Shown one piece after another: positions 49,249-60,635 of a stretch of 64,000 bases of DNA (positions are counted from its first letter, which is position 1; every line of letters starts with the position of its first letter). Position numbers and translations under genes: made by a program. The DNA comes from Acidobacteriota bacterium (GTDB taxonomy: Bacteria; Acidobacteriota; UBA890; WLXD01). The stretch is taken from positions 3,168,001 to 3,232,000 of the forward strand of contig CBDFKD010000002.1 in NCBI GenBank assembly GCA_965248695.1, read 5' to 3'. The notes under the pieces were generated by a model. That model saw only the letters and a list, made by a program, of their open reading frames with translations, searched no databases and was not told the DNA's origin.

Positions 49249-52207
49249 CTAGAAGTCGACTCTGACGCCGAGCTGGAACTCGCGCGGCGATCGCGCCGCC
49301 GTCGGAATGAGGAACCCGCCGCTGGTCACGAACGAGCTGCCCTGGTTGGAGTAGTTGACGCGGTTGGTGACGTTGAAGATGTCGAACAGGACCGTCGCCG
49401 TGAACGGATCGTTCAGCGGCAAACGGTAGCGAAGGCTCAGATCCAGCCGCGAGAAGTTCGGCCGAAATCCCCCGTTCTCCCTGCCAGTGGCGCTGATGGC
49501 GTCGAGAGCGATGTCCGACGTTCCGTTCGGGCTGTAGCTGCCCGCCGGCGCCACCTGACGCTCGTTGTTGTCCATACGGTCGGTCAGCAACGGCGTAAAC
49601 CGGTCGCCGCTCATGATGCGGAAGATGCCCGAGAACATCAGCCCCTGGTTGCTACCGACCGCGGTACCGGGAACCTGGTACGACCACGAGGTCACCAGGT
49701 TGTGGGGGCGAACCCAATTGGATGCGAAGTCAGTGCTTGCGGGGTTGTCCAGCCCCAGGTTGAGCGGAGCGCCGATGATCGTGCCGGTGTCGAAGTTATA
49801 GCCCGACTCGGTACGCGTCTGGAAGCGAGCCGCCTCGAGCGATCGCGCCTCGACGTTGCCGCTCTGGTTCAGGTAGGTGTACGACACCCGGGCGCTAAAG
49901 CGACCGATCGCCGAGTCCATGAAGCGACGCTGCAACGAGAACTGCAACGAGTTCGTGTTGCTCCGGCCGCCGTTGATGTAGGTGCGGACCGAGTTCAGGC
50001 TCACCGGAGCGCCGTTCAAGATGCTGATGTTCGGACGCCCGGTTGCGCGTGAGAACGGGTTCAGGTCGACCCGCAGCTGGAGGTCCCGGTTGCGGGTGTG
50101 CACGAAGTCGAAGCCGACGGATACTCCGTTGGAGATCTCGCGCTCCACACCGACGCTCAGGGTGTCAGCGTAGGGCGTCACTCGATCGGGGTTGTCGACC
50201 GTCGGCGAGCTGTTGAAGGCGCCTCCAAGGTTGCCCTCGATGTCGGCCGCCAGGTGGTCGCGCAGCTGGTTCAGCGTCGAGTAGCCGTTAGCTTGCACGA
50301 TGTCGAAGAACAGCTGCGGATCAGAGCCGGAGCCCGGTAACCCGCTCGGTGTAGCCGCTGGTCAGGTTGACCGCGTCGAGGTAGAAGTCCTCCCAGCTAC
50401 CGATCGGGAAGCGATCGTAGAACCGGCCGTAGCCGCCGCGTATCACCGTGCGGCCGTCACGCGCCGGATCCCAGCTGAAGCCGAGGCGCGGCCCGATGTT
50501 GCCCTCGCCGACGGTGCTCTGACGATCGAACCGAACCCCGAGGTTCAGGGTGACGTTGTCGGTCGGCTGGTAGTCGTCCTGGAAGAAGATGCCGACGGCC
50601 TTCTCGTGCGGAATGTTGAGGTCGGCCGCCCTGGGCGCCGCCGACGCGAATCGTGAAGTCGGTGGGATACGTGCTGAGGTCGTTCGGGTCCCACGCCGTG
50701 TCTTCGTCGAAGTCGAACTGGCCGTTCGCCGTGCTGGCGTTGTTACGGCTCACCAAACGGTCCGAGTAGTGACCGCCGAAGCGGAAATCGTGGTCGCCGC
50801 CCCAGAAATCCGGTGCGTACAACGAGAACGTATCGTCGTACTGGCGCGAGTTGTTGATGCGCGCCGACGCCACGGTGCTGGCTCCCAGCAGGATGTTGTC
50901 GTGGTCTAACGACACGTTGAGGGCGCGCTGCGCTGCGAAGGTCTTGCCGTTGTTGTTGAAGCCAGAGTTGGCGAATGCTACGTCTTCGCGGGTCACAGAA
51001 ATACGCAGGTTGTTGACGGCGCGATCCGACAGTACCGAATCGATCGAGCCGACGAAGCTGGTGTCGCGGTCGAACTCCTCGCGCGCCGCCTCGAGCGTCG
51101 TGTTGCCGCCGATGATCTGGTTGAACTGCGGCGAGTATCCTGCAGATAGCGCGCCGCGATCCGATGGTTCGAGCTCGCCTGGTAGTCGAGCTTGACCATG
51201 AAGTTGCGCAGCAGGTTCTCCTCGGTGGTGGTGAAGTTGAACTCCGGGCGGGTAGCGAACTCACGCGCGATGCCCTCGTTCGGGGTCTGACGCTCATAGC
51301 TACCGAAGAAGAACAGCTTGTCCCTGATCACCGGTCCGCCGAGCGTGCCGCCGATCGACTTGAAGGTGAAGTCGGGCTTCTCGAGGCCGGAGCGCTCGGT
51401 GAAGAAGTTCGCCTTGTTGATGCTCGAGTCCTGGTAGTAGTAAAAGCCGCTGCCGTGGACCGTGTTGCCGCCGCTCTTGGTGATGGCGTTGAGCACGCCG
51501 CCGATGGCGCGACCGAACTCGGCGTCGAACTGGCTGGTGAGAATCTGGAACTCCTGGATCGCCTCGATCGCGGTACGCGTCTGCGCACCGGCGGTGGCGC
51601 CGATCACATCGTCGTCGTTGTTGGCGCCGTCGATGTTGAAGGAGTTGCTGTTGTCATCCATGCCGTTGACGAAGATCGAGTCGGAAGCGGTCGACTGGCT
51701 ATCCGGCGACACCTGTACGCCGGGCAGCAGGCCCGCGAACACCACGAAGCTCCGACCCTGCGTCGGCAGCGAGATGAAGTCCTCGGCAGACAGGTTGCCA
51801 CCGACCTCTTTCGAGGCGACGTCAACCAGCGGGCTCTCGCCGGTGACCGTCACCGTCTCGGTAACCCCACCGAGCTCGAGCGTGGCATTGAGCTCGCCGT
51901 CCTGTCCGACACGCAACACCACGCCGGTGCTCTCGGAGGTGTTGAACCCCTGGAGGGCGAACGCGACGGTGTAGCTGGCCGGAATGAGACCGTTGATGTT
52001 GTAGCTGCCGGTCGCGGAGGTAACCGTGACACGCGCTGCCGATGTCGCCTCGTTACGAACCTTCACCGTGACACCGGGTAGCGGTGAGCCATCCGGGTCG
52101 AGCACCGTGCCCGACAGGTCGGCACGCGCGAACTGGGCCTGCGCTGTCCCGGCAAAGCCGATCGCCAGCGCAATGGTCATGAGTGCGATTGCTGTACGCC
52201 TAATCAA
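49249..52207 (-). pseudogene. TonB-dependent receptor (Oar-like, N-terminal carboxypeptidase-regulatory domain) with three frameshifts
   Basis: SGTVLDPDGSPLPGVTV, AIQEFQILTSQFDAEFG, TKSGGN, FFQDD...NLGVRFD, GPRLGFSWD and C-terminal REFQLGVRVDF; frame changes at ~51138, ~50626 and ~50342. Confidence 0.85.
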
Positions 52208-52528
52208 TCTCTCCAGACTCGGGGAAGAGCCCGCAACGACCGTGCCCCACTGTCGGCCGTCCTGCGGCGCCCGCAAATTGTATGCAGACGGTATACGTCT
52301 TATGTGCGTGCAATGATCGTGCCCGACGGCATATCTATCACGGCCCCACCGCAGCCCCGCCGACGAATCTCGTACAGATGCCGTCCTGGCCAAGCTGGGC
52401 GGGCGATTTTCGGCGACCAACTGGCGGCCTACCGTGCTCTGAATCGGCCGGCGCCGGACCGCGGCGTCTCGGACGGGTCGACAGGGGCGACTTCGCTCAC
52501 TCTTATCCATTTTTTTGGGCCGATTCGA

Positions 52529-53623
52529 TCAAAATGTTGGATCCATGCGCTCGGCCGCGCTGGCCGCTTCAAAGCGCCACGCGTGCGGTCCGAGCGCAGC
52601 GACCACGTCCGCAGCCATACGGCGTTCGCACACCGCCACCATGCAGCCTCCGAACCCGGCACCGACGACCCGCGCCCCCAGAGCACCGGCGCTTCGAGCC
52701 GCCTCGACCAGCCGATCCACCGCCGGGTGACTCACCTCGTAGTCGTCGCGAAGACCCGCGTGTGAGGCGTCGAGCAGTCGTCCCAACCGGACGAGATCTG
52801 CAGCGCCGAGCGCATCTATTGCCTCGTCGACCCGCTCCGCCTCGGCGAACACGAAGCCAGCTCGACGGCTCAGCAGCGGGTCGTCGAGTTGCTCGGCACG
52901 ACGGTTTCCTGCGGGCACATCGGCAAGCAGCCCGTCGCCGTCAACACCGAGCAGTCGGGCGGCGGCCATGCACTGGCGAACGCGATCGTTGTAGGCCTCA
53001 CGGGCGGCACCCGTTTTGGCGGCGACGACGCCTGAGTCGGCGACGACGATCGCGAGCGTTTCGGGTAATTGCACCGGAACGATGCGCAACGGCCTGAAGT
53101 CGATCCGCAGCGCGTGCCCCGGTCGAGCCAGCAACGAGATCGCGTGGTCCATACCGCCAGACAGCGTGCCGACGTAGCGCTCGGCCATGCGTGCCTCCTC
53201 GGCGAGCGCAGCTCGGTCACCGACCGGCGACATGGCGAGCAGGCTGGCGACCACCAGCGCCGAGGACGACGACAATCCGGCCTCCGGCGGCACATCACCG
53301 CCCACCACGATCTCGAGTCCGTCGTCCGGCGGGCGCACGCGAGCGGCCGCGACAACGTAATCGATCCAGGTGCCGGCAGGCGGGCGCCGGGTCAGTTGGC
53401 GCAGAGGGATTTCTGCCGCCGGATAACGGCTCGGATCCATGCTGCGAATGTGCAACGTCGACGTGCGCCGCGGCGCGGCAGCCACCCAAATGCTGCGGTC
53501 GATCGCCAGCGGCAGCACCGGGAAGCCGTTGTAGTCGGTGTGTTCCCCGATGAGGTTCACGCGCCCCGGAGCCCGAGCGATGATCTGGGCATCGGGGAGC
53601 TGGCGCAGCAGAGCTCGTCGCAT
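52529..53623 (-). CDS. galK: Galactokinase (GHMP family)
   Basis: APGRVNLIGEHTDYN, PPEAGLSSSSAL, GGMDH and GARVVGAGFGG motifs. Start uncertain (53623 or 53665). Confidence 0.9.
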   Translation of the reverse strand: MRRALLRQLPDAQIIARAPGRVNLIGEHTDYNGFPVLPLAIDRSIWVAAAPRRTSTLHIRSMDPSRYPAAEIPLRQLTRRPPAGTWIDYVVAAARVRPPDDGLEIVVGGDVPPEAGLSSSSALVVASLLAMSPVGDRAALAEEARMAERYVGTLSGGMDHAISLLARPGHALRIDFRPLRIVPVQLPETLAIVVADSGVVAAKTGAAREAYNDRVRQCMAAARLLGVDGDGLLADVPAGNRRAEQLDDPLLSRRAGFVFAEAERVDEAIDALGAADLVRLGRLLDASHAGLRDDYEVSHPAVDRLVEAARSAGALGARVVGAGFGGCMVAVCERRMAADVVAALGPHAWRFEAASAAERMDPTF

Positions 53624-53845
53624 CGTCACCGGTCTCACCAGTGGTCGGATCTGGCCGGCAAACATACCTCGCTGCGCCGCATCGTGGACGCGACCGCGTG
53701 GTGACGTGACGACCACGCCGATAGAATCCCGACTGTAAGTCTCGGTGGGGCCGCCGTGTGGAACTGGAAACGACCGTGTGGAATTGACGACGAGTGTCCT
53801 TCAACCGGTTCCGGCAAGCCACCGCTACGGAGAACAGGAGGCAAG

Positions 53846-54991
53846 ATGAGCTCGTTGCGCCAACGTATGGGGATCACGGTCGGCTGTGCCGTGCTGGCGG
53901 CGGGTTGCGCCATCGACATCGAACATGAGGGTCCGTCGCGCGGCCCGGCGACGCCGCTGGAGCGGAGCGCCGACGCCTGGGCGCAAGAAGCGCTGGACAA
54001 CGGTGAGGTCGCCGGTCTGTCAGTCGCCGTATGGCACGACGGTCAGCTGCGATTCGCCAAGGGATACGGCCTGGCGGACATCGAGAACGACCTCCCTGCC
54101 ACCGCCGAGACGGTGTATCGGATCGGCTCGATCACCAAGCAGTTCACAGCCGCCGCCATCATGCAGCTGATCGAACAGGGCCAGATCGGACTGGACAACG
54201 ACATCGGCGAGTACGTCGAGTTCCCGACCGACGGTAACCGCGTCACCGTGCATCAGCTGCTCAATCACACGTCCGGAATCAAGAGCTACACCGGACTCGG
54301 GGAGGAGTGGACGAGCACCATCCCGCTGCCGGCAACGCACGAGTCTCTCTTAGGGCTGCTCAGCGGCAAGCCATTCGATTTCGCCCCCGGCGACGAGTGG
54401 AGCTACAACAACACCGGCTTCTACCTCCTGGGCGTCATCATCGAGAACGTTTCCGGCACCTCGTACTCGGACTATCTCGACGCCCAGATCTTCGACCCGC
54501 TCGGGCTCGACGACACGACCTACTGCGACGAGAAGAAACTGATCGCGCGCCGCGCGGAGGGCTACGAGAATGAGGACGGCGAGCTGGTCAATGACGACCC
54601 GATCGATATGACGCAGCCGTTCGCCGCCGGGGCGCTGTGCTCCAACGTTGGCGACTTGCTGCGCTGGCAGCGAGCGCTCGAAGCGGGCGAGGTGGTGAGC
54701 GCCGAGTCCTACGACCGCATGACGACGACAGCGGCGCTCAACGACGGGTCCGATCTCGACTACGGCTACGGGCTCGGAGTCGGCACGCTCATCGATCACC
54801 GTCGGATCGCGCACGGAGGCGGCATCAACGGATTCGTCACCATGGCCTCGCGCTACCCCGATGATGACCTGAGCGTTGTCGTGCTCACCAACACGGCGGG
54901 CTCGACGGCGGCACAGCTCGAGGAGCGCATCGCGCGAGCGGCTCTCGAGCTACCGGAAGCCGAGGAGGATGAAGAGGCTGGAGGCCCGTAG
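53846..54991 (+). CDS. Serine hydrolase, beta-lactamase/PBP-like family lipoprotein
   Basis: Lipobox LAAGC; SITK, LLNHTSG, YNN and HGGGING motifs; AGGAGG RBS. Confidence 0.9.
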   Translation: MSSLRQRMGITVGCAVLAAGCAIDIEHEGPSRGPATPLERSADAWAQEALDNGEVAGLSVAVWHDGQLRFAKGYGLADIENDLPATAETVYRIGSITKQFTAAAIMQLIEQGQIGLDNDIGEYVEFPTDGNRVTVHQLLNHTSGIKSYTGLGEEWTSTIPLPATHESLLGLLSGKPFDFAPGDEWSYNNTGFYLLGVIIENVSGTSYSDYLDAQIFDPLGLDDTTYCDEKKLIARRAEGYENEDGELVNDDPIDMTQPFAAGALCSNVGDLLRWQRALEAGEVVSAESYDRMTTTAALNDGSDLDYGYGLGVGTLIDHRRIAHGGGINGFVTMASRYPDDDLSVVVLTNTAGSTAAQLEERIARAALELPEAEEDEEAGGP

Positions 54992-55010
54992 CTACTGACT
55001 GCTGTTGATA

Positions 55011-55033
55011 AGTATGCTGTTCATAAGCATACT
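55011..55033. promoter_or_regulatory. Palindromic operator upstream of the second padR
   Basis: AGTATGCT-N7-AGCATACT in an AT-rich patch. Confidence 0.55.
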
Positions 55034-55096
55034 ATCGATACGGCTGACGAACACTCTCAGCAACTACGCTCAGCCGCACGCCAGAGCGGAGTCGAA

Positions 55097-55468
55097 GTGC
55101 CTCGACGACCGAGCCTCGAGACTCCCGCCGGCCTGCTGCCGCTGCGCCCGATCGACCTGTCTGTTCTTCTGGTGCTCAGCCGCGGCAAGCAGTATGGATA
55201 CGGCATCGCCAAGGCCATAGCCAACGAGGCCAACGGCGCCATCGTGTTGGCGCCCGGCAACCTCTATCAGGTGCTCGATCGGTTGATCGACTGGAGGCTG
55301 ATAAGGGTCACCTCCAGGCGGCCGCAGCCCGGCGTCGGCGGCGAGCGCCGACGACACTACGATCTGACTCCGTTCGGGCGCCAGGTGTTGACCATGGAGG
55401 CCCAACGTCTCCGGGCGATGGCGTCGTCGTTGTCAGACCTCGAGGCCGTCGCCGAAGCCGGCGACTGA
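55097..55468 (+). CDS. PadR family transcriptional regulator
   Basis: QYGYGIAKAI...APGNLYQVLDRL...ERRRHYDLTPFG. Confidence 0.9.
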   Translation: MPRRPSLETPAGLLPLRPIDLSVLLVLSRGKQYGYGIAKAIANEANGAIVLAPGNLYQVLDRLIDWRLIRVTSRRPQPGVGGERRRHYDLTPFGRQVLTMEAQRLRAMASSLSDLEAVAEAGD

Positions 55469-55474
55469 GGAGCG

Positions 55475-58150
55475 ATGCGCGCCACCCGCAACGTACCCTC
55501 GCGCCTCGCCGAGGCAGCGCTCCGCGCGCTGCTGTGGCTGTTCCCAGCGGACTTTCGCCATCGACACGGCGCCGACATGCGCGAGTACCTGCGGGACGCC
55601 TGGCGAGATGCCACCCCCCAGGCTAGGCGACGCATGTTCATGCGCTTTGCGCTCAGTACGATCGGTACCGCCTGGCGCCAGCGCTGGCGTCAGCTCGGCG
55701 AGAGCCGCTCGGTTGTCGACCAACGCGCGGATCCACTGGTGCGCGAACTGCTTTCCGACGTTGCGTATGCCGCGCGACTGTTCCGGCGTAGTCCCGTGTT
55801 CACTGCCGTCGCCGTGGTCACTCTGGCGCTCGGCGTCGGCGCCAACACCGCCATCTTCAGCCTCGTCAACGCCGCACTGCTGCGGCCGTTGCCCTACTTC
55901 GAGCCCGACGCGCTGGTGTCCGTCTGGCTCTCCAGCGAGACCCGCGGCGTGACGCGAGAGATGGCCTCGCTGGCCGAGGTCCTCGATTGGCAGGAGCAGG
56001 TGAACGGCCTGAGCGCCCTGGGTGGGTTCGGCCCCATGGGGTTCACGCTGGTGGGCGACGACGGTGCCCGGAACATCGAAGCGGTCCTGACGACGCCCGG
56101 CCTGTTCACGGTGCTGGGTGTACCGCCGCTCTACGGTCGCGCACTCCGACCAGAGGACACGGAGATCGGCGCCGCCCCGGTGATCGTGGTCAGCCACTGG
56201 CTGTGGGAGCAACAGTTCGACGGCGAAACGACGATTAGCACCGCCACGTTGGAGCTAGACGGCAGCCCGGTACAAGTCGTGGGGGTGATGCCACCCTCGT
56301 TCCGGCTCGCCACCCGATATCTCGATAACATCGGCATCTACGCGCCGTTCACCTACGAGCGCGGCAGCCTGTCACGCGAATCCCGTTGGCTGGAGGTCGT
56401 CGGTCGGCTCGACGGTAACGCGACCATCCAACAGGTCGGCGCCGAGCTCGAGGAAGTCGCGGCCGGTCTGGCGCAGCTGTATCCCGACACCAACGATGGG
56501 TGGAACACCGGCATCCGGTCGCTACACTCCGATGTCATCGGCGACCATTGGGTGCCGCTGTTGATTCTGCAGAGCGCTGTCGGCTTCGTCCTGCTAATCG
56601 CCTGTGCCAACGTGGCCAACCTGCTTCTCGGCCGGGTGCAATCACGGCAGGCCGAGATCGCCGTGCGCCGTGCGCTCGGGGCTCGACGCGGGCGCCTTGT
56701 CCGTCAGCTGCTGACCGAGAGCTTGTTGCTGGCTCTGATCGGAGGCGGGCTCGGCCTGCTGCTGGCCCGGCAGAGCCTCTCACTGGTTGCCGCCGTGTTG
56801 CCCTCCGGGGTGATCGAGTTCGGGGAGATGGCGCTCGACGCGCGCGTAGTGGCGTTCACGCTCGCGGCAGCCGTCGCCACCGGTATGCTCTTTGGCCTGG
56901 CGCCGAGTTGGCGAGCGACGCGTGCCGGATCGGCAGAGTCGCTGCGTATCGTAGGCGGGCGAACGAATGACGGCCGCCGATTGCGGCAATGCCTGATCGT
57001 GGCGGAAGTGGCGCTGGCGCTGGTGCTCCTGTTCGGCGCCAGCTTGCTGATGCGAAGCTTCGATCGCCTCATGGCTGTAGATCTCGGCATCCGCACGTCC
57101 AACGTGCTGGCGTTCCAGATCGCCCCCGGTGGCGCCGACGCATCGCAGCGAACGAGCCTCTACCGCCAGGTCCTCGACCGATTGCGCCGACTACCAGATG
57201 TCGAGCACGTCGGAGCGACGACGGTCCTTCCGCTCCTGGCATCTGACTGGACGACGGAGTTCGAGGTCCCCGACGACGCGCTGGCCGGTGATGGGCGCTC
57301 GCAAGTTGCCCTCTACTACTCGGTTACACCCGACTACTTCGAGTCGATCGGTGCGCGGCTCGTGCGCGGCCGGGACTTCGGCTCGCGGGACGAGCCGGCC
57401 GAGCTCGGAGCGGCGATTATCAACGAGACCATGGCGACCGCTTTCTGGCCTGATCGCGACCCGATCGGCCGCTCGCTGACCATCGACATGCGCTTCGCGG
57501 CCACCGACACGACCAGCTTCCGCATCGTCGGGATCGCCAGCGACATCAGAGACGGGCGGCCCGACGAGACGGTTCGCCCGGCGATCTATGTACCGTACAC
57601 CCAGCAAAGCTCCCACCACATGAACTTCGTCGTTCGCACCGTGCGCGATCCGATCGACTACATCGACTCGATCCGCGCCGAGATTGCGGCCGTGAGCCCG
57701 AGCCTGCCGCTCGACGAGATCACCACGCTCGACCGCGTATACGCGTCGAGTGTGTCGGACCGGCGGTTCAACATGTTGCTGCTGGCGAGCTTCGCGATGC
57801 TGGCACTGATCCTGGCCGCGGTGGGAATTTACGGAGTCATGGCGTCCCTGGTAAGCGAGCGGACGCACGAGATCGGCATACGTATGGCGCTTGGAGCAGG
57901 GTCCGCCGCTGTGCTGCGATCCGTTGTAGCGGAGGCTCTGCTGCTCACCGGCATCGGCATCCTCATCGGCGGTTTCGCTGCCTCCGGGGTGCGAAACATC
58001 ATTGCCAGCCTGCTCTACGACCTGCAGACTGGCGACCCCGTGTCGACGGTGCTGGTGCCGGCGGTGCTCGCCGTCGTGGCGGCCGGGGCCAGCTACCTGC
58101 CGGCGCGGCGCGCCACCCGCGTCGATCCGGCTGTGGCCCTGCGCGACTAG
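55475..58150 (+). CDS. ADOP-type duplicated ABC permease
   Basis: [16 protein letters not shown]...[33 protein letters not shown] and [12 protein letters not shown] motifs. Confidence 0.92.
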   Translation: MRATRNVPSRLAEAALRALLWLFPADFRHRHGADMREYLRDAWRDATPQARRRMFMRFALSTIGTAWRQRWRQLGESRSVVDQRADPLVRELLSDVAYAARLFRRSPVFTAVAVVTLALGVGANTAIFSLVNAALLRPLPYFEPDALVSVWLSSETRGVTREMASLAEVLDWQEQVNGLSALGGFGPMGFTLVGDDGARNIEAVLTTPGLFTVLGVPPLYGRALRPEDTEIGAAPVIVVSHWLWEQQFDGETTISTATLELDGSPVQVVGVMPPSFRLATRYLDNIGIYAPFTYERGSLSRESRWLEVVGRLDGNATIQQVGAELEEVAAGLAQLYPDTNDGWNTGIRSLHSDVIGDHWVPLLILQSAVGFVLLIACANVANLLLGRVQSRQAEIAVRRALGARRGRLVRQLLTESLLLALIGGGLGLLLARQSLSLVAAVLPSGVIEFGEMALDARVVAFTLAAAVATGMLFGLAPSWRATRAGSAESLRIVGGRTNDGRRLRQCLIVAEVALALVLLFGASLLMRSFDRLMAVDLGIRTSNVLAFQIAPGGADASQRTSLYRQVLDRLRRLPDVEHVGATTVLPLLASDWTTEFEVPDDALAGDGRSQVALYYSVTPDYFESIGARLVRGRDFGSRDEPAELGAAIINETMATAFWPDRDPIGRSLTIDMRFAATDTTSFRIVGIASDIRDGRPDETVRPAIYVPYTQQSSHHMNFVVRTVRDPIDYIDSIRAEIAAVSPSLPLDEITTLDRVYASSVSDRRFNMLLLASFAMLALILAAVGIYGVMASLVSERTHEIGIRMALGAGSAAVLRSVVAEALLLTGIGILIGGFAASGVRNIIASLLYDLQTGDPVSTVLVPAVLAVVAAGASYLPARRATRVDPAVALRD

Positions 58151-58257
58151 CCGCCAGGGGGTCGATCCTGGCAGGGCGCAGCGCTCGAACGCGGGTCCGT
58201 CGGCGTCTAGTTCGGCCTTCGGTGACACACCGCGCGCATGCTATCGTGCGCGCCGCC

Positions 58258-59331
58258 ATGCCTTCCGCCGCTCCGCCGAACGCCCACCCCGACTCTTTCG
58301 AGGTTCCTGCGGCGGCCCACATTCTGGGCATTCGGTTCTCGGCTCTGGGCGACACGCTGCTGACGTTCCCGGCGCTCCGGTTGCTCAGGGCAACGTATCC
58401 CAATGCCCGGCTGACGTTCCTCACGGACACGCGCTGCGCCGGCCTGTTCGACGGGCTGGAGGTACTCGACGAGCTTCTCACGCTCGACCGCCTGGGCCTC
58501 AAGAGACTCCGGCCTGGCGCAGTGGGGCAGCTTGTGAACGGAGTGCTCCGCCCTGCGATCTGCCGCCGCTGGGACATCGTCATCGACTTCCAGTCGTTCA
58601 CGGAGACCGCGATCATCAGCGCCCTGACACGGGCGCCGATTCGCGTCGGACGACGCTACAAGACCGGCGCTCGCGCCCTCTATCGACCGTGGATCGACGC
58701 GCCACATGAGCAGGTCTACATGACCGGCGCGCACATCGACACGATCGTGCGCGCCGGGCTCGTGGAGGCCCCACCAGCCGGCGAGCGGACCTGCCGCAGC
58801 AGCTTCTATCGGGTACCGGCCGCGGCCGCGGATCGGTGGCGAGACCGACGCGCGATGCTGCAGCTGCCGCCGGCGGACCAAGCTCCGAGTATCGCTTTCT
58901 TCGTCGGTGCGGCGAAGGCGCAGAAGCTCTGGCCAGCCAAGCGATTTGCGCAGCTTGCGGGGCGCCTAGCATCCGAGCTACCGCACTCATTCCTGGTCTT
59001 CGCAGGGCCCGGTGAACAGGAGCTTGCCCGGCAGGTGGTGCAAGAAGCGGCGCAAATTGGGCTCGCCGAGCGCATCGCCAACGGCGGCTGCGGTGAACTG
59101 GCGACGCTGGCCGCAGCGTTCTCGGCGTGCAGCGCCACGGTGAGCAACGACACCGGCCCTATGCACCTGAGCGTCGCCGTCGGCACGCCAACGCTGGGCA
59201 TTTGCCGCTCCGCCAATCCGCATTTCATACCGCCGCCACCGCACCGCCACGTTGTCGCTCGCCGCGAGCAGATCGACGCAATCAGCGTCGACCAGGTGGC
59301 CGCCGATGCGCTTCAGTTGCTGGCACGGTAG
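58258..59331 (+). CDS. Glycosyltransferase family 9 (ADP-heptose:LPS heptosyltransferase-like)
   Basis: RFSALGDTLLT.P, KLWPAKRF and SNDTGPMHLSVAVGTPT motifs. Confidence 0.88.
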   Translation: MPSAAPPNAHPDSFEVPAAAHILGIRFSALGDTLLTFPALRLLRATYPNARLTFLTDTRCAGLFDGLEVLDELLTLDRLGLKRLRPGAVGQLVNGVLRPAICRRWDIVIDFQSFTETAIISALTRAPIRVGRRYKTGARALYRPWIDAPHEQVYMTGAHIDTIVRAGLVEAPPAGERTCRSSFYRVPAAAADRWRDRRAMLQLPPADQAPSIAFFVGAAKAQKLWPAKRFAQLAGRLASELPHSFLVFAGPGEQELARQVVQEAAQIGLAERIANGGCGELATLAAAFSACSATVSNDTGPMHLSVAVGTPTLGICRSANPHFIPPPPHRHVVARREQIDAISVDQVAADALQLLAR

Positions 59332-59379
59332 GCCGTCGCGTCGGCGCGGTCGGCGTGTGGGCCTGTCAGGCCTGGCAGC

Positions 59380-60564
59380 TCAGGGCGCACCGCCAGGCGC
59401 CGCCGCGAGCACTTCACCCCGCCGACTCAACCCCACTAACAGACGCACGACGCGTCCGTAGCTCTGCACCCCGCCCGGCACGCGATTGGAGCGCAGGTAC
59501 GCGTCGTTGACCCGCGTGGCAACGCGTGTGGCGCGGCCACGGTATCCCTCCCAGAACGCTCGGATGGCGTCAATGTCCGCCCGCGGCCCGGCCTCGAGGG
59601 TGGCCCACAGCTCGGACGCCGCCTCGGGAGCGTAGCGTGCCGCACCGCCAATCAGCACCGTCGCCATGTACAGGTCGGCTGCATAGCGCAGATAGGGGTC
59701 GTCGGACCCGGCGCAGGCGAGCGCGGCCGCGAGATTGGCTTCGCCCTCGTCCGTGATGCCGCGCTGATGGGCCTTCTCGTGCGCCACCGTTATCGGCAGC
59801 GAGGCGTCGGGAACCAGTCGATTGAAGGAAGGCTCGCCGGTGAAGGGAATGTAGATGCCGCTGATGCCGAGGTACGAGAAGACGGTCGAAGACAGCAAGG
59901 GCTTGGCACGCGACGGCAGATCGCCGAGCTCATCGCCGGGTAGACGCAGGTCGCGGAAGCGGGCATCGATGGCGGTGTTCAACTCGATCAGCGTCATCGG
60001 CAAGCGGGTCGCGGCGTCGACGGCGACCCCTAGTCGCCGGTGGTCGTCGTTGACGGCGTCCACCGCGCGGCGGGCCAGATCCAGGACCTCGGGCGCCTCG
60101 ATCTCCACCGTCTCGAGACCCAGACGTGTGGCCAGTGGTGGCCGCGCGTAGTTGAAGCCCCAAAGCAACAGGAACGCGAGCAGCGCCCAGCCCGTCAGGA
60201 TCCAGCCGCCGACAACCAGCCGACCGACGGCAGCCAGCCATCGCTGCCGCCGTGACGATCGTACCTCCACCGTGCCCCGACGGCGACGCTCCCGCAGCAG
60301 CCTCCAGGCGATCCACACGACCGCCGCCACCGCCAGGATCTCGGCAACCGACACCGGAACCTGAGCGTTGCCCCAGCCGAGGAGGTGGGCAACGGCCGGA
60401 TAGAAACTCCGACTGTAGGTGCGCTCGATAACGTCCGGCCACCGGAACGCCAGTCGTTGCACAAGCAGCGCCAACGGCAGCATCAGCAGACCGACGAGCC
60501 ACAACGCCCGCGACCACGGTCGCCCGCGATGCCAGCGCGACGGGCGTAACCCTGCTTCAATCAT
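59380..60564 (-). CDS. DUF3810 family membrane zinc-metallopeptidase-like protein
   Basis: WGFNYARP, GISGIYIPFTGE, AHEKAHQRG..EGEAN and GVQSYGRVV motifs. Confidence 0.85.
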   Translation of the reverse strand: MIEAGLRPSRWHRGRPWSRALWLVGLLMLPLALLVQRLAFRWPDVIERTYSRSFYPAVAHLLGWGNAQVPVSVAEILAVAAVVWIAWRLLRERRRRGTVEVRSSRRQRWLAAVGRLVVGGWILTGWALLAFLLLWGFNYARPPLATRLGLETVEIEAPEVLDLARRAVDAVNDDHRRLGVAVDAATRLPMTLIELNTAIDARFRDLRLPGDELGDLPSRAKPLLSSTVFSYLGISGIYIPFTGEPSFNRLVPDASLPITVAHEKAHQRGITDEGEANLAAALACAGSDDPYLRYAADLYMATVLIGGAARYAPEAASELWATLEAGPRADIDAIRAFWEGYRGRATRVATRVNDAYLRSNRVPGGVQSYGRVVRLLVGLSRRGEVLAAAPGGAP

Positions 60565-60635
60565 GCTCTGACCTCTGCAGGCCGTGGTGAAAGTGTGGTG
60601 GGTCTGGTTGTAACATCCTCGCACCGGAGGATCGT

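Noticed and set aside
52210-52520. Riboswitch upstream of the TonB receptor
   Set aside because: No cobalamin, TPP or other aptamer consensus visible; only weak GTATAC-like operator candidates.
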